From positions 7,890 through 71,889 of the forward strand of contig CAJARJ010000005.1 of NCBI GenBank assembly GCA_903944345.1: 64,000 bases of DNA, in the 5' to 3' direction. A program made the translations under genes and the position numbers. Shown in pieces: positions 28,267 to 38,086 of the stretch (positions are counted from its first letter, which is position 1; each line of letters begins with the position of its first letter). The notes beneath the pieces were generated by a model. The model was not told the origin of the DNA. It saw only the letters and a list, made by a program, of their open reading frames with translations, and made no database searches. The DNA is from Candidatus Omnitrophota bacterium. Its GTDB lineage: Bacteria > Omnitrophota > Gorgyraeia > Zapsychrales > Fredricksoniimonadaceae.

Positions 28267-30105
28267 ATGCGGCGCCAGTCGAAACGTCCTGGTTTTTACT
28301 GGGTCTATATCGTTCGCTGCCGATTGGGGACTTATTATGTTGGTTGCACTAATGATCTTGAAAAACGGATTAAACGGCATAATACGGGTCAAGGTGCAAA
28401 ATATTTAAGAGGCCGAGGCCCGGTTGAGCTTGTCTACAGAACAAAATGCCCAACCTTTGCTGCAGCCCTTCGTCTGGAATGGAAAATCAAACAGCTCTCA
28501 CATTCAGATAAAGAAAGATTGTTGTCGCAATATTCTGCTCAAGCAGCTTTAACTGCCAGACAAGATCCAAAATCGACGAATGCTGATAAAAGGAAAAATA
28601 TGAATGAAATTAACGAAAAAGAATTTCTCAGGCTTGCTTCCAAAGGTGGGCTTATTCCGGTATTTCGGGAGATCCCGGGCGACCTTGAGACGCCAGTTTC
28701 AGCCTATTTTAAAATCAGCAAGGCCAACAAATATTCGTTTCTGCTTGAATCTGTTGAAGGCGGAGAGAAACTGGCACGTTATTCTTTTCTGGCAGCAGCG
28801 CCAGAATGTGTTCTGGAGTCTAAAGGACGTGTGGCTAAAATTATTCGTTTTACAAAAAAAGGCCCTGTAGCCCATGCGGCTCCTTTTCGTGATTCACCAT
28901 TGGAAATCGTTCGGGAGTTGATTAGTAAGTATAATTATGTTAATATCTCAGGTCTTCCGGGTTTTAGTGGAGGATTTGTAGGCTATCTTGGCTATGATAT
29001 GGTTCGGTTCTTTGAGAATTTGCCAGAAAAAACTGAAGATGATCTTGGTTTACCTGATATGGTTCTGATGCTTGCCAAGGATTTACTGATCTTTGATCAT
29101 TTGCATCATACGATCAAAGTCATTAGCTGTACGGAGATAGACAGCCATGATGACCGATTAACAAAAATCCGTAAATTCAGGCAGGCCCATAAAAGAATCG
29201 CTAAAATGGTTGGTTTATTGTCTGCACCTTTACCAAAATTGAAACGTGCCAGACAAAAATCGTCCTCCGCAGAAGCCAAAGCTACTGCCGATTTGTCAAA
29301 AACGAAGTACGAGTCTATGGTCAGCCGGGCAAAAGAAGAAATTCGCTCGGGTGAAATTATACAAGTTGTTCTCTCTCAGCGTTTTAAGGTTGATTGTCCG
29401 ATTGATTCCATAGAACTTTATAGAACCCTTCGTAATCTTAATCCGTCACCGTATATGTATTTATTAAACCTTGACGGTCTCAATATTGTCGGTTCTTCTC
29501 CGGAATTACTTATGCGTTGCGAGAATGGCATTGTCGAAACTCGACCGATCGCAGGAACCAGACCTCGAGGGCATTCTCTGGAGGATGATCTAAGGCTCGA
29601 ACAAGAGCTTCTGAATGATCCTAAAGAACGGGCAGAACATGTCATGCTCGTTGATCTGGGACGCAATGATCTCGGGCGAGTCTGCCGGGAAGGCAGCGTC
29701 AGGGTCACTGATCTCATGTCTGTTGAACGTTTTTCACACGTTATGCATATTGTCTCCAACGTCCGTGGAGAATTGGCTGAAGGACAAGATGCCTTAAGCG
29801 CGCTTCAATCTGTTTTTCCGGCCGGGACTTTATCCGGAGCACCCAAAGTCCGCGCCATGCAGATTATCGAGGAATTGGAAACAAAACGCCGTGGCCCCTA
29901 TGGGGGGTGTGTTGGATATTTCAGCTTCTCCGGAAATATCGATACCTGTATAACGATTCGTACGATTGTTTTAAGCAAGGGGTCTGCTTATATTCAGGCT
30001 GGCGCGGGAATCGTGGCAGATTCAGATCCTTTTACCGAATACAACGAAACACTAAACAAGGCTAAAGCGCAAATAAAAGCGCTGCAATTGGCGCAACGGC
30101 GCTGA
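28267..30105 (+). CDS. trpE: GIY-YIG (UPF0213-like) domain fused in frame to anthranilate synthase component I; internal TrpE start at 28600
   Basis: VYIVRC..TYYVG.TNDLEKR..RHN...GAKY; then FLLESVEGG, NPSPYM, RPIAGTR, PAGTLSGAPK, QAGAGIV. Confidence 0.88.
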   Translation: MRRQSKRPGFYWVYIVRCRLGTYYVGCTNDLEKRIKRHNTGQGAKYLRGRGPVELVYRTKCPTFAAALRLEWKIKQLSHSDKERLLSQYSAQAALTARQDPKSTNADKRKNMNEINEKEFLRLASKGGLIPVFREIPGDLETPVSAYFKISKANKYSFLLESVEGGEKLARYSFLAAAPECVLESKGRVAKIIRFTKKGPVAHAAPFRDSPLEIVRELISKYNYVNISGLPGFSGGFVGYLGYDMVRFFENLPEKTEDDLGLPDMVLMLAKDLLIFDHLHHTIKVISCTEIDSHDDRLTKIRKFRQAHKRIAKMVGLLSAPLPKLKRARQKSSSAEAKATADLSKTKYESMVSRAKEEIRSGEIIQVVLSQRFKVDCPIDSIELYRTLRNLNPSPYMYLLNLDGLNIVGSSPELLMRCENGIVETRPIAGTRPRGHSLEDDLRLEQELLNDPKERAEHVMLVDLGRNDLGRVCREGSVRVTDLMSVERFSHVMHIVSNVRGELAEGQDALSALQSVFPAGTLSGAPKVRAMQIIEELETKRRGPYGGCVGYFSFSGNIDTCITIRTIVLSKGSAYIQAGAGIVADSDPFTEYNETLNKAKAQIKALQLAQRR

Positions 30106-30136
30106 AGGTTTAAACAGAAAGAAAGGAAAGAGTTTC

Positions 30137-30388
30137 ATGGAAGTCAAAATCAGAATGCAGAAATTTGGAAATGCTGCACAAAAGAATTATAATTGGAGGA
30201 TTGTGGCTATTCCAAAAGAATCTCCTCGCGATGGCCGCGTACTTGAAATCCTGGGACATTATGATCCAGCCAAAAAGCCGGCAACATACAAGATTGATCT
30301 GGCAAAAACAGAGAAGTGGCTGAAAACCGGAGCCATTATGTCCGATACTGTAAAGTCACTTTATTTGAAATCCAAAAAAGCTAAGTAA
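30137..30388 (+). CDS. rpsP: 30S ribosomal protein S16
   Basis: VKIRM, RIVA, SPRDGR.LE.LG.YDP, WLKTGA. Confidence 0.96.
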   Translation: MEVKIRMQKFGNAAQKNYNWRIVAIPKESPRDGRVLEILGHYDPAKKPATYKIDLAKTEKWLKTGAIMSDTVKSLYLKSKKAK

Positions 30389-30404
30389 ACCGGAAAGGTT
30401 TTTC

Positions 30405-30689
30405 ATGCAGACACCTGCCCAGCCGAATATCATCGCGCAGTTGCTTCCGATGGTGATTATTTTCGGGATTTTCTATTTTCTTGTTATTCGTCCCGAGCGC
30501 AAGAAGCAAAAAGACCACCAGCTACTGCTGGCCGGAATTAAGAAAAACGATGAAGTTGTTACTGCGTCCGGCATCCACGGTACTGTTGTTATCGTCAAGG
30601 ACAAAACAGTAGTGCTTCGTCTTGATGAAAATTGCCGGGTTGAATTCGATAAAGAGGCAGTCCTGACAATTGTCAAGAAAGCCGAATAA
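30405..30689 (+). CDS. yajC: Preprotein translocase subunit YajC
   Basis: FYFLVIRP, DEVVTASGIHG. Confidence 0.96.
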   Translation: MQTPAQPNIIAQLLPMVIIFGIFYFLVIRPERKKQKDHQLLLAGIKKNDEVVTASGIHGTVVIVKDKTVVLRLDENCRVEFDKEAVLTIVKKAE

Positions 30690-30759
30690 CCGCCGGTCTC
30701 CCTTTTTTCAGGGCAGATCCTGCTTGCGGAGATTCGTTACAACAAATTAAGGAAGACTT

Positions 30760-32970
30760 ATGAGCAAGTCGCTTCGTAGCCGTTTTCTGATTATTTTTGG
30801 TGTTCTGGCCGGTTGCATTCTCTTCGCATGGCCACTGGAAAAACGCATAAACCTCGGACTGGATCTTAAAGGGGGGATGCATCTTATCCTCAAAGTCGAG
30901 ACGGATTCCCTCCCGGCTAAAGATCGTCCAGATGCTGTTTTGCGTGCCATGGAAATTCTGCGCAATCGTATTGACAGCCTGGGTGTTGGCGAAACAGTTG
31001 TTCAGCGCCAGGGAGAAAACAATATTCTTGTTCAGTTGCCTGGTGTTACAGACCGGGAAACGGCTGTCGACATGGTTAAACGTGTGGCGCACCTTGAATT
31101 CCATCTGGTGGATGATGATTCTGCCAGAATGCAGGAGGCTCTTAAAGGCTCTGTTCCTGAAGGTGTTCTGCTCAAAACCATCAAAGATGACAATGATCAG
31201 ATTCTCATAAGCGCGAAAGCGGCTTTACAGGGTTCGGCCATTACTGATGCCAAGGTTGATTTTGACCAAACCGGAATTTCTCCACAAATTTCCCTTTCCT
31301 TTAACGCCCAGGGAACCAAAGATTTTGCCGCGCTGACCCAGGATAATGTTGGTAAACGGCTGGCTATTGTTCTTGATGGGGAAGTGCTTTCGGCCCCTAA
31401 CATTCGCGAACCAATTCTGACTGGCAGCGCCCAAATCAGTGGTCAATTTACTTTTGATGAAGCCTCACTCCTCGCGCTGGCGCTGCGTTCCGGTTCATTA
31501 CCTGTCCCGATTCATATTGAAGAAGAACGTACAGTTGGCCCTCTTTTAGGACAGGACTCTATTAACGCGGGATTTAAAGCTGTCCTTATTGGTGCGCTTT
31601 TGGTGTTCTTTTTTATGATCGTCTATTATATGATTGGCGGTCTTGTGGCCACTCTGGCGCTTATGCTGAATTTGATCATGACTGTCGGGATCATGGGATT
31701 TCTTAATGTCATGCTGCCCAACTCACAAGTAACACTGACTCTGCCCGGCATTGCCGGTCTGGCGTTGACGCTGGGTATGGCTGTCGATGCCAATATCCTT
31801 ATTAATGAACGTATGCGTGAAGAAATCGATAACGGCCGCCCTCTCGCCGCTGCTGTAAACGCAGGCTATGACAAGGCCCTGACCGCGATTATTGATTCAA
31901 ACGTAACCACGATTATTGCTGCCTTCATGTTATTCCAGTTCGGGTCCGGTCCGATCAAGGGCTTTGCCGTTACTCTGACCATCGGCTTGTTAGCAAGTTT
32001 GTTCTCTGCTGTGTATGTAACACGTACTGTTTTTATGCTCCTTCTGGAGAAGAACTGGATCAAGTCCTTACCCATGTTGCGTCTTATCAAGGAAACCAAA
32101 ATTGACTTTATCGGGAAAGCTCCAATCTTCATAATTGCGGCAATTTTGCTTATGACTCTGGGACTTTATAATCTTTACCAGAAAAAAGATACAGCTTATG
32201 GTATAGATTTTGCCGGCGGGCAGGTTCAGGAGTATCGCTTTACAAATCCGCTGTCTGCAGAAGACCTGCGTAAAGCTTTTAAAAACGCCGGGGTAAAGGA
32301 TGCTGTTATTCAACAATTTGCACAAAATCCGCAGAATGTCATCATTCGAACACCTGAAGACACCTATGAGTTGGTTCAGCAAACACTCAAACAGTCTTTC
32401 CCAGGCAATGCCTTTGAAACTTTACGTATCGAGAAAGTCGGTCCGGTAGTAGGACAACATTTGCGCACACGTGCGTTCTGGGCATTGTTACTTGCCTTGT
32501 TGGGAATCATCATTTATGTATGGTTTCGTTTCAAGCATATCGATTTTGCCGTGGCGGGAGTTATTGCGCTTTTACACGACGTCTTTATTGCGATGGGGAT
32601 CACGGTTCTTTTAGGACGACAGATTGACCTTCTGATTGTCACGGCTTTTTTGACAATCGCAGGGTATTCTATCAATGACACCATTGTTATTTATGATCGT
32701 GTTCGTGAGAATATCGCCAAGTCCGGACACAAAAAGTTTGTTCTCAAGGATGTTATCAATTTAAGTCTGAATCAGACCTTGGGCCGGACACTACTAACTT
32801 CTTTGGCGACTTTACTTGTGGTTATTGCTTTTTATTTCTTTGGCGGTGAAGTTCTTAACACCTTCGCTTTAACATTAGTTATTGGATTTATTGCTGGTAT
32901 TTTCTCAACCATGTACATTGTTTCACCTCTGGTTATCTGGTGGAATCTGCTCAGAAAAACATCCTGGTGA
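30760..32970 (+). CDS. secDF: Fused protein translocase subunit SecDF
   Basis: LGLDLKGG, GMAVDANILINER, GIDFAGG, GYSINDTIVIYDRVRE. Confidence 0.96.
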   Translation: MSKSLRSRFLIIFGVLAGCILFAWPLEKRINLGLDLKGGMHLILKVETDSLPAKDRPDAVLRAMEILRNRIDSLGVGETVVQRQGENNILVQLPGVTDRETAVDMVKRVAHLEFHLVDDDSARMQEALKGSVPEGVLLKTIKDDNDQILISAKAALQGSAITDAKVDFDQTGISPQISLSFNAQGTKDFAALTQDNVGKRLAIVLDGEVLSAPNIREPILTGSAQISGQFTFDEASLLALALRSGSLPVPIHIEEERTVGPLLGQDSINAGFKAVLIGALLVFFFMIVYYMIGGLVATLALMLNLIMTVGIMGFLNVMLPNSQVTLTLPGIAGLALTLGMAVDANILINERMREEIDNGRPLAAAVNAGYDKALTAIIDSNVTTIIAAFMLFQFGSGPIKGFAVTLTIGLLASLFSAVYVTRTVFMLLLEKNWIKSLPMLRLIKETKIDFIGKAPIFIIAAILLMTLGLYNLYQKKDTAYGIDFAGGQVQEYRFTNPLSAEDLRKAFKNAGVKDAVIQQFAQNPQNVIIRTPEDTYELVQQTLKQSFPGNAFETLRIEKVGPVVGQHLRTRAFWALLLALLGIIIYVWFRFKHIDFAVAGVIALLHDVFIAMGITVLLGRQIDLLIVTAFLTIAGYSINDTIVIYDRVRENIAKSGHKKFVLKDVINLSLNQTLGRTLLTSLATLLVVIAFYFFGGEVLNTFALTLVIGFIAGIFSTMYIVSPLVIWWNLLRKTSW

Positions 32971-33017
32971 ACCTATAATGGGGAGTTTATTTGCTCCCTG
33001 AGCGGGGAAAGTTTGAT

Positions 33018-33058
33018 GAAAAAGCCTTTACGCCTATGGCGCAAAGGCTTTTTCCTTA
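33018..33058 (+). terminator. Terminator-like hairpin between secDF and mfd
   Basis: GAAAAAGCCTTT-ACGCC-TAT-GGCGC-AAAGGCTTTTTC. Confidence 0.7.
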
Positions 33059-33070
33059 ACCGGAGTCAGT

Positions 33071-34963
33071 ATGTTCCGTTCAATAAAATATTTTGTCTCC
33101 CAGCATATTGCCTTCGATGAATTCTCTACCGGGCTCATTCGTTTCGGATACGCACGTGTCAAAACTGTTGCCCAGGAGGGGGAATACGCCATCCGCGGAG
33201 AAATCATTGACATCTTTCCTTCCGGATTCGATTCGCCGGTACGCATTGACAGTGAAGATGGTATTATCCGAAAAATCTTTTCCTTCCAGATAATCTCGGG
33301 GAAAAATGTCTGGGAACATGAAGCTGTCATAATTTTCCCGGTTAAAGGGCTTGCCCCGGATGAAGTTTTCCAGGAAGACATGCCGTTAACGCCTTTTGTG
33401 GATATCCGCAAGGGGGACTATGTTGTTCATAACCAGCATGGGATCGGTCGGTTTATCGGCCTCAAAGAGTTTGCGGTCGATCTAAAGCAAGTCGAGCATT
33501 TTGTAATTGAGTACCAAGGTGGAGATAAACTTTTTGTACCCCAGAAGGATCTTCATCTCGTCCAGAAATACATTGGCTTCACAAAAAAGCCCCCCCGTCT
33601 TTTCCGCCTTGGCTCCCGCGAATGGGAAAAGATCCGCAAGACAATAGAAAAACGACTCCAACGCCTTGCCTCAGAACTCCTTCACGTGCAGGCGTTGCGT
33701 AACAGCATGGTAGGGTTTGCCTGTACCAAAGACAATGAATGGCAGTCCGAATTCGAACAAACGTTTCCTTTTATTGAAACTCCGGATCAGAGTAAAGCTG
33801 CACTTGAAGTTAAGGCAGACATGGAATCCCCCCGACCAATGGATCGTTTGTTATGTGGCGATGTGGGATACGGAAAAACAGAAGTTGCCATGCGTGCAGC
33901 CTTCAAGGCTGTCATGAACGCAAAACAAGTCGCAATTCTGGTGCCGACAACAGTTCTGGCGGAACAGCATTATCTTAATTTTTCAAGGCGGATGAAGGAC
34001 TTTCCTGTGCGTATCGGCATGGTTTCCCGTTTCAGAAGCAAAAATGAACAAATTCATACCATTAAAGAAGCCGCTGCCGGAAAAGTGGATATTATTATCG
34101 GAACGCATCGCCTGCTTTCCAAAGATGTACACTTCAGGGATCTTGGGCTGATCATTATTGATGAAGAACAACGCTTTGGAGTAACAGCAAAAGAACGACT
34201 AAAACATATGAAGCTGTTATGCGATGTGTTAACAATGACCGCGACACCGATACCGCGCACGCTTTATATGGCTATGGTCAGTTGCCGTGACATGTCCGTC
34301 ATTTCCACCCCTCCGTCCAACCGGATTCCGGTTGCAACCGAAATCATCTGCTTTGATGAAGACACTATTCGTCTGGCCATTAAACGTGAACTGGCCCGCG
34401 GGGGACAGGTCTTCTTTCTTCATAATCATGTTGAAGACATTATTACTGTCGCAGGAAAGATCGCAAAACTTGTTCCTAAAGCTCGTCTTGGCATAGGTCA
34501 TGGGCAAATGCCGGGGAAAGACCTGGAAAATATCATGCTTGATTTTCTCAAAGGCGAGATTGATGTTTTAGTCTGTACGACTATAATAGAATCAGGTATA
34601 GATATTCCTAATGCCAATACGCTGATTGTTAATAAAGCTGACCGTTTCGGGTTATCCGATCTGCATCAACTGCGTGGACGTGTAGGACGTACAAATATAA
34701 AAGCCTATGCCTATTTCATAGTCCCGGACAGATCAATTTTATCCGGTGTCGCGCGCAAACGGATGGAAGTTTTACAGAAATTCAGCGATCTGGGTGCCGG
34801 ATTTCATATTGCATTCGAAGATCTTCAGATAAGAGGCGCTGGCAACCTCCTCGGGGAACAGCAGCACGGCTATATTTCCAATGTAGGCTTTGACCTTTAT
34901 TGCCGAATGTTAAAAGGATCAGTCGAAAATCTTAAAAAAGAAATGGCTCGCACCAATGCTTAA
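33071..34963 (+). CDS. mfd: Transcription-repair coupling factor, minimal form (630 aa)
   Basis: GDYVVH..HGIG (RID), [44 protein letters not shown]. Confidence 0.93.
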   Translation: MFRSIKYFVSQHIAFDEFSTGLIRFGYARVKTVAQEGEYAIRGEIIDIFPSGFDSPVRIDSEDGIIRKIFSFQIISGKNVWEHEAVIIFPVKGLAPDEVFQEDMPLTPFVDIRKGDYVVHNQHGIGRFIGLKEFAVDLKQVEHFVIEYQGGDKLFVPQKDLHLVQKYIGFTKKPPRLFRLGSREWEKIRKTIEKRLQRLASELLHVQALRNSMVGFACTKDNEWQSEFEQTFPFIETPDQSKAALEVKADMESPRPMDRLLCGDVGYGKTEVAMRAAFKAVMNAKQVAILVPTTVLAEQHYLNFSRRMKDFPVRIGMVSRFRSKNEQIHTIKEAAAGKVDIIIGTHRLLSKDVHFRDLGLIIIDEEQRFGVTAKERLKHMKLLCDVLTMTATPIPRTLYMAMVSCRDMSVISTPPSNRIPVATEIICFDEDTIRLAIKRELARGGQVFFLHNHVEDIITVAGKIAKLVPKARLGIGHGQMPGKDLENIMLDFLKGEIDVLVCTTIIESGIDIPNANTLIVNKADRFGLSDLHQLRGRVGRTNIKAYAYFIVPDRSILSGVARKRMEVLQKFSDLGAGFHIAFEDLQIRGAGNLLGEQQHGYISNVGFDLYCRMLKGSVENLKKEMARTNA

Positions 34964-35888
34964 TAAATACTTTCTTTCCTGTTTTCTCCTGTTCTGTTTT
35001 TTTTATCCCCGTCCTTCTTTAGCCATCGAAGACGGCATTCTGGCCATCGTTAATGACCAGGTTATTACCATCAAAGACTTGCGCGATGCCATGAAAGGCG
35101 TTTTTTCCCAACTTAGAATTGAAGGACGTTCGCCGGCAGAAATTGAAGAAATAATGACTCAATATGAAACCAAGGGCATTCAGCAGCTTATAGAAGATCG
35201 ACTTGTCCTTACGGCGGCCGAACAATCGGGAATTATTATTAAACCGGTCGCCATCGAAACCAAAATTCGCGAAATAGAAAGCAATTACCCTTCCTCCCAG
35301 GCCTTTCGTGATGCTCTTTTGAAAGAAGGACTTACGATTACTGATTTGCGCAAAAAGATTTCTGATCAGTTCAAAGGCCAGGTTGTAGTCGAAAACGAGG
35401 TGCGTGCAAAGATCAAGATCAACCCCCAGGAAGTAACCGCATATTTCAATTCCCATATTCAGGAGTTTAAGAACCGTCCGCGATTATACCTGAATTCTAT
35501 CTTTGTCCAGAAAGGACTGGCGTCTGAGTCAGCCAAAGAGAAGATTGAACAAGCTATGGACCAGGTCAAGCTGGGCCGTGATTTCAAGGAAGTCCTCCAG
35601 GAATTCTCCGAGCTGCCTTCGGTTGGAGAGATCAGTTCGGACTCCCTGCGTCCCGAATTGAAAGATAAAGTAAGTTTCCTCAACATAGGACAGGTTTCGG
35701 AAATTATTGAAATGGACAACGGTTACTATATTTTCAAACTGGAAGGCCGTACTCCTGGTATTGAGGCAAGCCTGTCAGCTGAAAAAGATCGTATTTACCA
35801 AAAAATTTATCAGGACAAGTTTCGTCAACGGTTTAGGGAATGGATTGATGGTCTACGCAAAAAAACCTATATTGAAATCAAAGAATAA
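34956..35888 (+). CDS. SurA/PpiC-type periplasmic chaperone-PPIase
   Basis: Signal peptide, ILAIVNDQVIT, parvulin-like C-terminal part; mfd-surA-pdxA synteny. Confidence 0.82.
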   Translation: MLNKYFLSCFLLFCFFYPRPSLAIEDGILAIVNDQVITIKDLRDAMKGVFSQLRIEGRSPAEIEEIMTQYETKGIQQLIEDRLVLTAAEQSGIIIKPVAIETKIREIESNYPSSQAFRDALLKEGLTITDLRKKISDQFKGQVVVENEVRAKIKINPQEVTAYFNSHIQEFKNRPRLYLNSIFVQKGLASESAKEKIEQAMDQVKLGRDFKEVLQEFSELPSVGEISSDSLRPELKDKVSFLNIGQVSEIIEMDNGYYIFKLEGRTPGIEASLSAEKDRIYQKIYQDKFRQRFREWIDGLRKKTYIEIKE

Positions 35889-36834
35889 ATTACCTCCAGG
35901 TAAGAAGCTGGTCGGGATTACCATGGGTGACCCTGCCGGTATTGGCCCCGAGGTAATTGCGGGAACCTTGAACTCTCCCGGATTCTCTTTACCCCGGGAC
36001 ACGGAATGTGTTGTTATCGGCAACGCATCTGTTTTTCGACTTGCCGGAGGCAAACCAGGCGAGGGACATATTTTTATTGATATTACTGCACAAAAACTGG
36101 CCCATCAACCAGGAAAGCCTTCGTCTGCTTCTGCCCGCGATTCTCTGTATTATCTCGAGCATGCGATCCAGATGTTAAAAGACGGACGTCTCTCGGCTTT
36201 AGTGACCGGACCTGTATGTAAAGAATCCATCGGACAATTCCTCCCGGGCTTTCGAGGTCATACAACATTCCTTGCCACGGAATTTTCCTGTAAAGATGTC
36301 GAGATGCTTTTTATTGCTCCTGGTACAAAAATGCTGTTGGTGACCAGACACATCCCCCTTAAAGATGTGGCCCGTGCTTTATCCGCCAGGAAAATTACAG
36401 CTGTTATTAATACTGCGGCCTTATGTCTACGGCATCAATTTGGAATCGTTGCGCCCAGGATAGCAGTTTGCGGACTGAATCCGCATGCGGGGGAGAACGG
36501 CCATATCGGCAAAGAAGAACAGGAACATATTATTCCGGCTATCCGCAATCTTTCAGCTTCTGGCTGGGATGTCCAGGGACCATTTCCGGCAGACACTCTT
36601 TTTGAGCCCCGTATCAGTAAAGATTTCGACCTGCTGGTAACCATGTACCATGACCAGGGCCTTCCGGTTTTAAAAGCAATGCATTTCGATAGTCTGGTTA
36701 ATGTGACTGCCGGGCTTCCTTTTGTACGAACATCTCCGGCCCATGGAACAGCCTTTAATATTGCGGGAAAACGAATTGCCTCAATCGGTTCTATGCGGGC
36801 GGCAGTACAACTAGCCCTCAAGATGAGCTCATGA
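35848..36834 (+). CDS. pdxA: 4-hydroxythreonine-4-phosphate dehydrogenase (start uncertain; TTG 35872 is an alternative)
   Basis: TMGDPAGIGPE, GLNPHAGE, MYHDQG, RTSPAHGTA. Confidence 0.93.
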   Translation: MVYAKKPILKSKNKLPPGKKLVGITMGDPAGIGPEVIAGTLNSPGFSLPRDTECVVIGNASVFRLAGGKPGEGHIFIDITAQKLAHQPGKPSSASARDSLYYLEHAIQMLKDGRLSALVTGPVCKESIGQFLPGFRGHTTFLATEFSCKDVEMLFIAPGTKMLLVTRHIPLKDVARALSARKITAVINTAALCLRHQFGIVAPRIAVCGLNPHAGENGHIGKEEQEHIIPAIRNLSASGWDVQGPFPADTLFEPRISKDFDLLVTMYHDQGLPVLKAMHFDSLVNVTAGLPFVRTSPAHGTAFNIAGKRIASIGSMRAAVQLALKMSS

Positions 36835-37703
36835 GCGACACTTTGTCCTTTTCACAGTCGATAAAATCTTCTGCATTCGTCCCCCGGAAGTCTCTCGGGC
36901 AGAACTTCCTGGTGGATCAAAGGATGATTGCCCGTATGGTCAGAGCCTGTGAATTTTCTCGTTCTGACACTGTGCTGGAGATTGGGCCAGGACAGGGAGC
37001 ATTAACTTTCATTATTCTTCCCCAGGTGCAGCAGATTATTGCGGTCGAAACCGATGCCCGTCTTGCCGAGCAACTGATTTTGACCCAGCCGCCTGATAAA
37101 CTTAAAGTCATTCACAAGGATTTCCTTAAATATGACTTTTCTGATCTTACCCCGCCGCTTAAACTGGTTGGGAACCTGCCTTATTATATTTCGACACCCA
37201 TCATGCTTAGATTTCTTGAGCAGAGAAAGATTTTTACAGATTTCCATTTTACTGTCCAACTGGAGTTCGGCAAAAGACTGGTCGCGAGCCCGGGAACCAA
37301 AGACTATTCTTCTCTGACCTGTTTCGTGAACTATTTCACAGAACCCACACTGCTTTTTCATATTCCTAATTCGGCATTTCGTCCTGCCCCAAAAATAAAA
37401 TCATGTTTTATGCGTTTGAAAGTACGCCCGCAGCCGTTGGTCAGGGTTAATGATGAGCCATTCTTTCTGAATCTTGTCCGTCTGTCATTTCTGCAGCGCC
37501 GCAAGATGCTGATCAATACGCTTTCGTCTCTCAACACCAGAACGCAATTAACGACGGCTTTCGAAAAGGCCTCAATTCCGCTAAACGCCCGCGCTGAAGA
37601 GCTGACCGTGGAACAATTCGGCTCGCTGGCTAATCAACTTACTAAACTTCATTCCGCTGGCAATAAATCTGAATCTGATACCTGTTTACTAATGGACGGA
37701 TAG
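36831..37703 (+). CDS. rsmA: 16S rRNA m6,2A dimethyltransferase
   Basis: KSLGQNFL, EIGPGQG, GNLPYYIS, RAEEL. Confidence 0.96.
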   Translation: MSDTLSFSQSIKSSAFVPRKSLGQNFLVDQRMIARMVRACEFSRSDTVLEIGPGQGALTFIILPQVQQIIAVETDARLAEQLILTQPPDKLKVIHKDFLKYDFSDLTPPLKLVGNLPYYISTPIMLRFLEQRKIFTDFHFTVQLEFGKRLVASPGTKDYSSLTCFVNYFTEPTLLFHIPNSAFRPAPKIKSCFMRLKVRPQPLVRVNDEPFFLNLVRLSFLQRRKMLINTLSSLNTRTQLTTAFEKASIPLNARAEELTVEQFGSLANQLTKLHSAGNKSESDTCLLMDG

Positions 37704-37705
37704 AC

Positions 37706-38086
37706 ATGGAAAAAAAGATCTATTACCATGATACAGATTGCGGGGGAGTCGTCTATTACGGACGATACCTTAACTATCTGGAAGAAGCTCGTACTGAATA
37801 TCTGGAAAACCGGGGAATCTCGGTAAAAGCAATCGCCATACAGGGATTCTTTTTCGCTGTCCGCTCCTGCAATATTGTTTATAAGAGTCCGGCTCGTTAT
37901 GGAGACGTGCTCGTTTGCGATGCAGTTCTCCGGGATCAGACTCCTGCACAGATTATTTTCATTCAGGAAATAAAACAAAAAAACTCCGGCAAACTGGTGG
38001 CAAAGGCTGAAGTCGCCCTTGTCTGCCTGGATAATGCCTTTCACCCCGTTGCTATCCCAAACCAGATCAAGGAAAACTTGCGATGA
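37706..38086 (+). CDS. YbgC/FadM family acyl-CoA thioesterase
   Basis: YYHDTDCGGVVYY..YL.YLEEARTE. Confidence 0.88.
   Translation: MEKKIYYHDTDCGGVVYYGRYLNYLEEARTEYLENRGISVKAIAIQGFFFAVRSCNIVYKSPARYGDVLVCDAVLRDQTPAQIIFIQEIKQKNSGKLVAKAEVALVCLDNAFHPVAIPNQIKENLR

Noticed and set aside
32975-33020. Fluoride or c-di-GMP riboswitch before mfd
   Set aside because: Consensus core nucleotides not matched by eye
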